A stretch of DNA of 62,364 nt, the filler included, from Pirum gemmata (lineage: Eukaryota): the NCBI GenBank assembly GCA_002812295.1. It is 22 parts of 22 records of this genome, joined end to end, with 100 filler letters (N's around TTAATTAATTAA, not from the genome) between each part and the next. Parts side by side here need not be neighbours in the genome. Positions count along the whole stretch, not along the records: positions 11,514 to 13,983 come from PDIN01005978.1; positions 14,084 to 16,541 come from PDIN01005979.1; positions 16,642 to 19,777 come from PDIN01005980.1; positions 19,878 to 22,374 come from PDIN01005981.1; positions 22,475 to 24,950 come from PDIN01005982.1; 17 more parts are not named here. One strand, given 5' to 3'. A program made the position numbers and the translations under genes. The notes under the pieces were generated by a model, which did not search any database, was not told the DNA's origin, and was given only the letters and a program-made list of their open reading frames with translations. Shown here piece by piece: positions 11,804 through 22,715 of this stretch; position 1 is the stretch's first letter; every line of letters starts with the position of its first letter.

Positions 11804-13145
11804 TGTTATTGTGAATAAAAACACCCAACAAAACAAAACAAAAAACAAAAAACAAATTTAAAAATATACATAGATGGACCTACAACACACGTGGGCTTCT
11901 TTTTTTGATTTATGCAAATACATAAACTATAAAATTACATAAATACATAATTAGGATTTTTTGTTTTGTTATGTTTCTTGTAAATCGTTTTGGTCAATCC
12001 TAAAATTCTAATATAAAAAGTAACATGATTTGTTATTGTTATTGCTATTGTTATTGTGATTGTTATTGTGATTGTGGTTGTGATTGTGATTATGATTGTG
12101 ATTGTGATTGTGATTGTGATTGTAACTGTGGCTGTGGTTGTGATTTTTCTTTGTTTTATCTAGTTATCAAATACATGATGGAGTAGTAGTAGTAATAATA
12201 GTGCTCTAATAGTAGTAGAAGATGAACAAACAAACAAAGAACCAGAAGACAAAAAAATAAAAAAGTAGTATTTTAATACTCTAAAAAAAAGATGATTTGT
12301 AAATTTAGTAAAAGTAAACTTAGTAAAAGTAGATTTAAAATAAAAAGATATTCTTATTAATAAAAAGATATTCTTTTAAAAGTAATGCTTTCGTTTATAG
12401 CTGTTGAAGATGTTACTAAATTTAATCTGGAGTATCTATAGAGTACTATCTATAGTGTGTTGTGTATCAGATAGTGATAATAATAAAATAAAAATAAAAT
12501 CGATTCAAAAAATTCTTATATGACGTAATTTTATAAGTTTTATAATAACCCTCAGGAAGAGGTGAAAATACGTAATAAGTATTTTTTTAACTATTAAATT
12601 CCATATACATTATACCAAAGTATACCAAGGACATTCCAAGGACACTGCAACTTCAGTCTGCAAGAGTTCTGCAAGGACTTCAAAAAAAGAAACTTGAGTG
12701 AGTTTAGTGTGAGTTTACAAGTTTGCGTACAAATTCAAAATCCGAATCACTCTCAAATTTTAATACGTCATTTTCTCAAAAAATTTTGGGTTTGATCAAA
12801 AATGACGCCATGGGAAAGTAAAAAAAAGGCTTCTTGAACTCTTCTTGATATCGATAGTATCTCGTACTTTTTTTACAAAAAAAAAAAAATACAACCAAGC
12901 GCAGAAAAAGCGAATTTTAAAGAAGTTCAAAAAATAAAAAATAAAAAAAATAAACAAAACAACAAAAAACTAAAGTAAAACTACAATCTACATAAAAAAA
13001 GTGAAAAAAAATTGGCTACTCGATCAAAATTTGATCTTTTTTTTTTCGCTGTAGTCTGCATTTTAAGTACATAGACCAATCGGATTGCGTTGGGTGCCGG
13101 CTTTTTTAGATGGAATTCAACCCTTCTACTCTACCGAGTCATAGT

Positions 13146-13377
13146 AGTAGGGGTGAGATATCTACTGGAACTTTTTTCGAACATATGCTTATCGAGCCAA
13201 CCTTAGTTCCGTGTTCCTTACTAATAATAGCAGTTAAATAGCTCAAATAGTANATCTAATTATAGTAGATACCAATTAAAGTTATAATATTAACATTAAT
13301 AGTAATAAAAACCATAAAATCGGAAAAGTTCCGGCAGCTGTTCGGTAATAATAAAATGACGTCATCTCACCCCTACT
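13146..13377 (-). mobile_element. MITE family B (232 bp), 8-bp TSD GTCATAGT
   Basis: Same TIRs and interior as 5097-5328. TSD at 13138-13145 and 13378-13385. Confidence 0.9.
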
Positions 13378-13872
13378 GTCATAGTCGAGTCATTGTAGTC
13401 TGTAGAGTCAATGTAGACAGTGACAAACTCAGTGACACCTGTTATTCACCTGTTTCACATTGTCAAATTCACAGCTGTCACTCACAGTCACAATGTCTCC
13501 ACAGTGTCTCCATACTATCCATAGACTAATAATAATAATAACAAACAAACAAAACAACAACAAACAACAAAAACAACAAGCAAAACAACAACAATAACAA
13601 CAATAGCAATAACAATAGCAACAACAACAACAAAAACAACAAAAACAAAAACAAAAACAAAAACAAAAACAAAGACGAACCAAAACCAAAATCAAAACCA
13701 AAACCAAAACCAAAACCAAAACCAAAACCAAAACCAAAACCAAAACCAAAACCAAAATCAAAACCAATCAAAACCAAAAACAAAAATAGCGAGAACAACA
13801 GTAGCAGCAGTAACCTTGTGTGTAGAGTACAAATTATAAAAAAATTGTTAATACAATTTTAATACTTTTACA

Positions 13873-13918
13873 ATGAAAAGAGGGTTTGCAAATCATAGTG
13901 CTGAGGAATCAGCTGCAG
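13873..13918 (+). CDS. Probable first coding exon of an unknown gene
   Basis: ACAATG start, MKRGFANHSAEESAA, then donor CAG|GTAATA. The contig ends shortly after. Confidence 0.4.
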
Positions 13919-14741
13919 GTAATATACACAGTCGCGTTCATATAAAGACTACAATGATGATGATGATGATGATGATGATGATGNNNNNNNNNNNNNNNNN
14001 NNNNNNNNNNNNNNNNNNNNNNNNNNNTTAATTAATTAANNNNNNNNNNNNNNNNNNNNNNNNNNNNNNNNNNNNNNNNNNNNTAACCCTAACCCTAACC
14101 CTAACCCTAACCCTAGTCCTGCCTACCTCAACTTTCTTATTATCTACTATTCTTACAATTTCAATTTCATTTGAATCAATAATATCCCCTTAACCCTAAC
14201 CCATAAATATAATTATATATATATCATACCAAGCTTTGCTACCATCAGTAGAAATTAGTAGCACAGGCACTAATTGACGATACTGTTAAAGCAATTAAAA
14301 TTGGAGCATTTTGATATTTATTGGATTTTTGAGCTCATATTATTATGTCGCAATTTTTATCCTGCTTGGCTGTTATTAACATTAAAAATTAATAATAATA
14401 AAATATGCTCGTCTACTCGTAATATAGTAAAATATGGTCTATTTATCATATTATCCGATATTTAACTCTATTAAATTTTCTTATGTATAGTGCTTTTCAG
14501 TTATTTTGTCATCATAAAATATACAATAGGTAATACCAAATTAATATGATATAAATCCATTTAATTTAATTTGGTATATTTTATTATCTTTATATTGATT
14601 TAAAAATGTCAATTTAAATACTATAACCCTCCAAATAAATATTCAGAGTGACAAAATAAATGAAAAGCACGATATAATAAATCAAAGACTCCATTTGTTT
14701 TTTCATCGAGTCTTTGAATAAATAAATTCAGAGTCCTAAAG

Positions 14742-14947
14742 AGTAGGGGTGAGATGACGTCATTTTATTATTACCGAACAGCTGCCGGAACTATTAATGT
14801 TAATATTATTACTTTAATTGGTATCTACTATATTAAATTTTCTATTTTAACCTATTTAACTGCTATTATTAGTAAAGAACACGGAACTAAGGTTGGCTCG
14901 ATAAGCATCTGTTCGAAAAAAGTTCCAGTAGATATCTCACCTCTACT
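14742..14947 (+). mobile_element. MITE family B with a ~26-bp internal deletion, 9-bp TSD GTCCTAAAG
   Basis: TIRs as in family B. TSD at 14733-14741 and 14948-14956. Confidence 0.88.
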
Positions 14948-15171
14948 GTCCTAAAGTCTTTGAATACCGGTAAATAAACTTTCCACATATAGACTCTATA
15001 TTTAGGCATAATCAAGTCTTTTAATATATAGCCCAATAGTAGCCCAACTAGTGTCCATTAATATTCAATTGCACCAATTACACATTAATAATTTACACAT
15101 TCCACAGACTACTCTACTATACTTCTACAGTACTTCTACTATAAAAAATTTGATGAATTTGATGATATATC

Positions 15172-15403
15172 AGTAGGGGTGAAATGACGTCATTTTATTA
15201 TTACCGAATAGCTGCCCGAACTTTTCCGATTTTATGGTTTTTATTACTATTAATGTTAATATTATTACTTTAATTGGTAGCTATTATGTTAGATTTACTA
15301 TTTTAAACTATTTAACTGCTATTATTAGTAAATAACAGGGAACTAAGGTTGGCTCGATAAGCATCTGTTCGAAAAAAGTTCCAGTAGATATCTTACCCCT
15401 ACT
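15172..15403 (+). mobile_element. MITE family B (232 bp), 8-bp TSD GATATATC
   Basis: TIRs AGTAGGGGTGAAAT ... ATCTTACCCCTACT, with GATATATC on both sides. Confidence 0.9.
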
Positions 15404-16827
15404 GATATATCTCAGAATTCTATATAGATAATAGACTGTAATACTACTGTAATAGTCACCCAATTACCTACAGCGCCAGCACCAATTACACCTAGCCAAT
15501 TACACTCCAATTACAGTCCAATTACACATTAATTTACACATTCCACAGACTAGTCTACTACTAGACTTCTACACTACTTCTACTAGCTAAGTAGGAGTGA
15601 GAATGAGATAGTGGTGAGATATACTACTGATATAAGTCTGATATACTACTACTACTAGTAGCTAGCTAGCTATTGATAGTAACTACTGCTAGTACTATTA
15701 TACTCTATTATAAAGCTATTATGATATAACTACTATGATATCATAATGCGTTTCTGTTGTTTTGTCATCATAAAATATACAATGAATATTATATAGTTTC
15801 AAATTAATTCAATATAAATCCATTTAATTTAATTTGGTAAATTTTATTATCTATGTATTGATTTAAAAATATCAATTTAAAGATTATAACCCTCCAAATA
15901 AATATTCAGAGTGACAAACTAAATGAAAAACACAATAGCTACTAGCTAGCTAGACTACTAGGAGTCTATGGAATGCTATGGAATGTTTCTAATAGTAATA
16001 TTAATACCAATACTTTATTAATTCATATATATATTAATTAATACTAATACAAATTTATAATATAAAATACTAATGTTATATAATACTAATAGTTATTATT
16101 AACACCAATACTAATTTACTAATACTAATACTAATGCTAATACTATTATAACTCTGTTATACTAATAGAGTCTACTAGTATTAATAATAGCTATCTTGAA
16201 TCTGATTCTTGATCGTAATATAAGAAAATGCATCAAGAAATACTTCTAGTAGAAGAAATATGATAATAAGGTATGTATCATAGTATTAATAGCAGGTATG
16301 ATAGTAGTAGGGTTCTAGTTGTTTGGTCATCATATAATATATCATATAATAATAAAGTAGTCTTGTCTAGCTAGTAGTAGTAAATACTATCGATATTTGA
16401 TATCATAATATTATAGTGCTTTTCATTTATTTTGTTATTCTGGATATTTATTTGGAGGGTTATAATATTTAAATTGAAACTTTTATAGATAATAAAATAT
16501 ACCAAATTAAATTAAATGGATTTATAATGTATTAATTTGGTNNNNNNNNNNNNNNNNNNNNNNNNNNNNNNNNNNNNNNNNNNNNTTAATTAATTAANNN
16601 NNNNNNNNNNNNNNNNNNNNNNNNNNNNNNNNNNNNNNNNNATTCTGGAATTATTGGTGGGGGAGAACCTGTAGTAGATTTGACATTCAATTAATGGGAA
16701 CATTATTATTATTACTATTATTATTATTATTATTATTATTATTGTTGTTGCTGTTGTTATTATATATATATATATTGTTCTTTATCTTTATAATTGTTAG
16801 TATTTATTCTACTTTTTTTAAAATAGG

Positions 16828-18269
16828 CTGGCCACTATGCATGTAAAAGATATGAGAACTTTGCGTTCAATAAAGCTAAAGTGAAATCACACGCTGATAG
16901 TGAAGAAAGTGATAACGTCCAATCTATTGTATATATATGTATATAGTTGGTGGGTAGGGTTAGGGTTTGGGTTAATTTAATAATAATAACAATATTAATA
17001 ATGATAATAATGATAATATCAGTGCTACATACTAATGATAATAATAATAACCGCAACAATAACAATCCTCGTATGAGTACTGTTTTTTTCTCTATTATAC
17101 ATTAAATTACCCAAACGCAAAAACCCCAAACCCTAACCCTAACCCTAACCCTAACCCCTAACCCTAACCCTAACCCTAACCCCTAACCTTACCCCTAACG
17201 CTAACGTTAACTCTAACCCTAACCCTAATCCTAATCCTAACCCTAACCCTAACCCTAACCCTAACCCTAACCCTAACCCTAACCCTAACCCTNCCCATAA
17301 CCATAACCCATAACCCATAACCCATAACCCATAACCCATAACCCATAACCCATAATCCGTCCATTTTAATTAACAATAATGGTTAGAGTTGTGGTTTTGC
17401 TTTTACGTTTACGTTTACGTTTATGTGATGTTGATGTTGATGTTGATGATGTTGATGATGATGTTGATGTTTATGTTTATGGTTATGGTTATGGTTATGG
17501 TTATGGTTATGATTATGATTATGGTTATGGTTATCGTTATGGTTATTGGTCTACATTATGATTATGATTATGATTATGGTTATGGTTATGGTTATGGTTA
17601 TGGTTATGGTTATGGTTATGGTTTTTCGATTTATGGATGACGCTATAATTACAGTTATAATTATAATCTGTAATTTATAATAATGTATATATAATTTGTT
17701 GTTTTGTAGATATTTTGTAACTGAGCATTGTTCAGGGGGTGAGTTATTTGCTCACTTGAAAGCAGCTCGGCATGGACGATTTAGTGAACATCGAGCTAAG
17801 TTTTATGCAGCTGAATTATTGTGTTGTTTAAGATATATGCATGAAGAAATGAATATAGTTTACCGAGACATAAAACCGGAAAACATACTATTAGACAAGC
17901 GAGGTTAGTAACCCTAATACCAATACTAGTGCTAATACTAATGCTAATGCTATAACCTTACACCCTTACACCCTTACACCCTTACATCCTTACACCTAAT
18001 CCTAACCCCAATAACCACAACCACAACCACAACCACAACCACAACCACAACCACAACCACAACCACAACCACAACCACAACCCTAACCCTAACCCTAACC
18101 CTAACCCTAACCCTAACTACAAACATAAATACAAGCACAAGCACAAGCACGACCTAAACCACAACTTGAACACCCCCACCCCCACCACACAGCACCCAAC
18201 ACCAACACCCATACGAACACCACCAATAATATAACCAATGGGAAATAGTTTAGATAAAGAAAAAATACC

Positions 18270-18316
<47 letters not shown>

Positions 18317-19292
18317 CTATATTCATTAAATATTACCAAAAACTCCATATAAAAAATAGGGAATGTCAAACTTTGTGATTTTGGGTTCGCAAAGTTAATG
18401 AAACCAGCTACAAACGGGCAGTTATGTAAGACATATACTTTTGTGGGAACTGATGATTATTTAGCTCCGGTTAGTAGACTCTCAGAAGATTAGGGTTAGG
18501 GATAAGATCGGGTTAGGGTTAGGGTTAATATGGATTTATATATATGTATATATATATAAACAGAGATATGTATTTACTAACTAACAATCAATTATATATT
18601 TTAGGAAATCATTAATGGAAGTGGTTACTCTTATGAGGCTGACCTTTGGTCGGTTGGAGTTTTGATTTATGAATTGACTACTGGTGAAGCTCCTTTTAGA
18701 ACTTACGATAACTATAAAAATTGTAATTCATCTTTTTTGCGAAAGTTTTTTTTTCTTTTTTATCTAACCCTAACCCTAACCGTAACCGTAACCGTAACCG
18801 TAACCGTAACCCTAACCGTAACCCTAACCGTAACCCTAACCGTAACCCTAAAAATTAATAATTGCATTATTAGCCTTGGTATCTCTAATTGTTACTCTTA
18901 CCATAACCCTAACCCTAACCCTAACCCTAACCCTGACCCTGACCCTAATCCTTAACTTAAACATTACTCTTAAACTTAACCCTAACCCTAACCCTAACCC
19001 TAACCTTAAGCATTCTTATTCTAACCCAAATTTCCAAGGTTCTGATTATCAAGATATATTGTCTGGATCATTTCGACTTCCGTCTCATTTATCTCCGCAA
19101 TGTAAAGATTTATTAATATCGATTTTAAAAGTTGATAGAAGGTTAGTAAACTTAAGAAACCATCCTGACCCTAACCCTAACCCTAACCCTAACCCTTTGT
19201 GTTATTTACTTTTGATCTTCGTTTTGTTTATTTTTTTACAGACATCGTATTGGCTCAACAGGTGGTATAAAAGAAGTTATGAACCATCCTTG
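16828..19292 (+). CDS. AGC-group Ser/Thr protein kinase (PKA/RSK/Akt-like catalytic domain), partial, multi-exon
   Basis: Exons: ~16828-16908 (GHYACK...KVKSHADSE, subdomains II-III, boundaries tentative); 17710-17903 ([13 protein letters not shown]...[16 protein letters not shown]); 18360-18469 ([12 protein letters not shown]...[13 protein letters not shown]); 18605-18722 ([31 protein letters not shown]); 19039-19141 ([30 protein letters not shown]); 19242-19292 ([17 protein letters not shown]). From 17710 onward all junctions are GT-AG with matching phases. The subdomain IV exon was not located. Confidence 0.93.
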
Positions 19293-19444
19293 GTATTATT
19301 TTTTTCCATTCAGTATTGATTTATTATTTATAATGATCATTATCATTATAACTGTTCATTATTAATTTTTAGTTATTATTTGTTTATTGTTATTATTTAT
19401 TATAAACCATTATAAAACTTTTTAGAACCTACACTTTCCTAGCC

Positions 19445-19777
19445 TTAACCCTAAACCCTAAACCCTCAACCTTCAACCTTCAACCTTCAACCTTCAACCT
19501 TCAACCTTCAACCTTCAACCTTCAGCCTTCAACCTTTAACTTTCAACCTTCAACCTTCAACCTTCAACCTTCAACCTTCAACCTTCAACCTTCAACCTTC
19601 AACCTTCAACCTTCAACCTTCAACCTTCATCCTTAACCTGAACCCTTAACCTGTACCCTTAACCTGAACTCTTAACCTGAACTCTTAACCTGAGCCCTTG
19701 ACCTGAACCCTTGCCCTGAACCCTTGCCCTGAACCTTTAACCTGAACCCTTAACCTGAACCCTTAACCTGAACCCTT
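19445..19777. repeat. Telomere-variant minisatellites (CCTTCAA)n then (CCTGAACCCTTAA)n
   Basis: 7-mer run at ~19468-19630, followed by a 13-mer run up to the gap. Confidence 0.9.
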
Positions 19778-20346
19778 NNNNNNNNNNNNNNNNNNNNNNN
19801 NNNNNNNNNNNNNNNNNNNNNTTAATTAATTAANNNNNNNNNNNNNNNNNNNNNNNNNNNNNNNNNNNNNNNNNNNNTTGTTGTTGTTGTTGTTATATTA
19901 TTATTAATTATTATTATTATTATTATTATTAATTTAATTAATATATATTATTAATTATTAATACATTAATTATTATTATAATTATTTATAATAATTATTA
20001 ATTATAAGAATTGTTAATTATTAATCACAATAATTATTAATTATTAATATTATTATATAAAAAAGCTTAAATATTAATTATTATTATTATTATTATATTA
20101 TGGTTATATATTGTTATTGTTATTATTGTTATGGCTATGGTTATATAATAATGATAATTATTAATATTATAATTGCAACTTAAATGATTTATAAAAATTC
20201 TTCAAAAATCGTTTTTCAAAGCAAATTCATTTAAATAGCATCAATTTTTTATTGTATATATATACAAAACAAATGAAAAGTACTACTAGAACGTCTTTGT
20301 AAGAGAGGTTGGAATACAAAAAGGTAATTTAAAAGTAATGTAATAT

Positions 20347-21863
20347 TTAAATATGAAGCATAGCCCTAGTAGTATCTGCACTATTTACCCTTTTACCAAC
20401 AGGCAAGTTAACGGCTCGCTCAAGCAACTTAGCTTTGATCTTCAACGGACTAAAAGTCGGAAACTCCTCCAACAACAAAGCAATCACACCCGCAACATAG
20501 GGGCATGCCATTGAAGTTCCAGACCTAATCTCAATACCGAATCCATTTTTATCAGTACTTTTAATATTAACACCTGGTCCTAATATATCAACAATAGCAC
20601 CATAATTAGAAAAATCAGGCATGTTTAGGTTAACATCCACTGCTCCCACGGCTATAATTTCGGGGATATTCGCGGGAATGTAACTGGAGGCATCATCAAA
20701 GGCATTTCCTGCAGCAGCAACAACAACCACGTTATCGTTGTACAAATCTTTAGCAACCTCTTTTAAACTTTGAGCTGTTTTTGACCAAGCTGTGTCAGTG
20801 TCTCCTATTGACATACTGACTACAGCTCTTCTAGTTTTGTTGCGCTCGTTTAATATTTTGGAAAGAGAGTGCAAAACGTGAATTTGTTCGTCATCAGCAT
20901 CACAGTTGAAAACTTTTACATTGTATAAAGAGACTTTTGGTGCAACTCCGTAATTTAAGGAACCAATTGTACCAGCACAATGCGTTCCATGGCCCTAATA
21001 GTTTAATATAGTTAACATGTAAAATAATAATTAATAAAAATAATTTACAACAACACCAACCAGAAATATAAATTATCTAGAAAATACTTGATCAAAAACA
21101 GAAACATACATAATCAAATAACAATAAAAAAAGTTTTAAATAAAACAACATGACAAGAAAATGATAACAAAAATTAAAAAATTTCTAACCAAGCAATCAA
21201 AATCGCGTTGTGTTTCACTGTAAGCGTTGTAAAACAGTTTGCTTCTATTTTCGAATTGAGGATGAGAATAAGTAATACCACTATCCACTATATAAGCATC
21301 TACACCATCACCTGTATATTTTCTTTCAAGTTTATTATCTAACACTCCATCTAAAATATCCAAACCCCAAATTAATTTATCAACACCAACGTTAACAGCA
21401 CTTTTATTGACAGCACTTTTACTTACAGCACATTTATTAACAATAGGTCCTAATGGTTGTAGTTTTATACTTTTTTCAACATATCTCACAAAATTTAAGG
21501 AACCGACTATAAATTCTAAATTTTCCTTGCAAGTTTTACTATCGATTTTTTCTTCGCAATATAAGGTGAAAACGTTTTTGAAATTACTTGAAAATTAGCC
21601 TGTTCAAGAGCAATGGTTAGTTGGGTGATTAGTTTCCCGTCTTGTTCCAATGCCACTTTATCGGTAGTTAAAATATAACGAGAGGCTTGTTCTACTTCGC
21701 GTCTGTTACGGTTTGTATTCCCGCAAACTGGTTTGAAAATAGAAGGGAATTGGGTTTGTAACGAGTGAACAAGAACTTGATCAACATTGCCACAAGGGAT
21801 TGAGGCATGTGCAGAATATCCGACAAATGATAATGATAACAAAGAAGTAATAAAAAAATGCAT
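20347..21863 (-). CDS. Secreted subtilisin-like serine protease (S8A, proteinase K subfamily) with I9-like propeptide; frame break in the propeptide
   Basis: Signal peptide MHFFITSLLSLSFVGYSAHA. Catalytic motifs AYIVDSG (Asp), DCL|GHGTHCAGTIGS (His, across intron 21189-20995, GTTAGA..TTAG), AAAGN (oxyanion Asn) and SGTSMACPYVAG (Ser). Stop at 20347-20349. The frame changes near 21530-21595. Confidence 0.92.
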
Positions 21864-22326
21864 GTTTATAATTAAAAAAGATTTTTGTTATTATATTATT
21901 AAAATTTTTAATTTTTAATTAATTATTATTATTATTATGATATAATAAATAAATAATGTTATTGTTGTTGAAATAGGTTTTGGCTGGAAAAATTCAAAAA
22001 TTATGAGCAGTGAGAATTTTATTTTATTTTTAGTATGTGTGTTTTCTTCAAATTTAGTACTAAAAATCTGACTATTTATACCTGTGTTTTATTTTTGACA
22101 CGATATATCGATATTTGGACAGATGTGATGCTAAAACTAGTTAAAAAATGGTTCACAAAGGTATATACTACTTGACCAATTATTACCATGATGGCTATGA
22201 TTATATTCTTGCTAGCTAGCTTCGCTGCTAAAGAATAGTTAAATAATATAAGAGTCATCGTAGAATCACTGTATGCGACAAATATCAGCGACAAATATAG
22301 GTTGTGTGCCCCGTCTCTCCCCATTA

Positions 22327-22360
<34 letters not shown>

Positions 22361-22715
22361 CACTATTATTATTANNNNNNNNNNNNNNNNNNNNNNNNNN
22401 NNNNNNNNNNNNNNNNNNTTAATTAATTAANNNNNNNNNNNNNNNNNNNNNNNNNNNNNNNNNNNNNNNNNNNNATTATTATTATTATTACTATTATATT
22501 TAATTTAAAAATAAATAGTAAGATCAGTTAAATTTGTAAGTACATATAATATATATAAAAGGATCCGCTGGGCACGGGGGATCCTCAGAAGGCGACATAT
22601 ATATCACTGTTTTCTATTTTCTCACATTTTCTTAAATCTAACTGTTCGAGGTTGGTTAAGTTTTTCACTGCATCAACACTTTCCAGCATTATACATTGTC
22701 TTAAATTCAACACAC

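Noticed and set aside
14127..14270. Two small minus-strand exon-like segments (PVLLISTDG / DIIDSNEIEIVRIVDNKKVE)
   Set aside because: Phases do not match using the best splice sites, and the segments are too short to assign.
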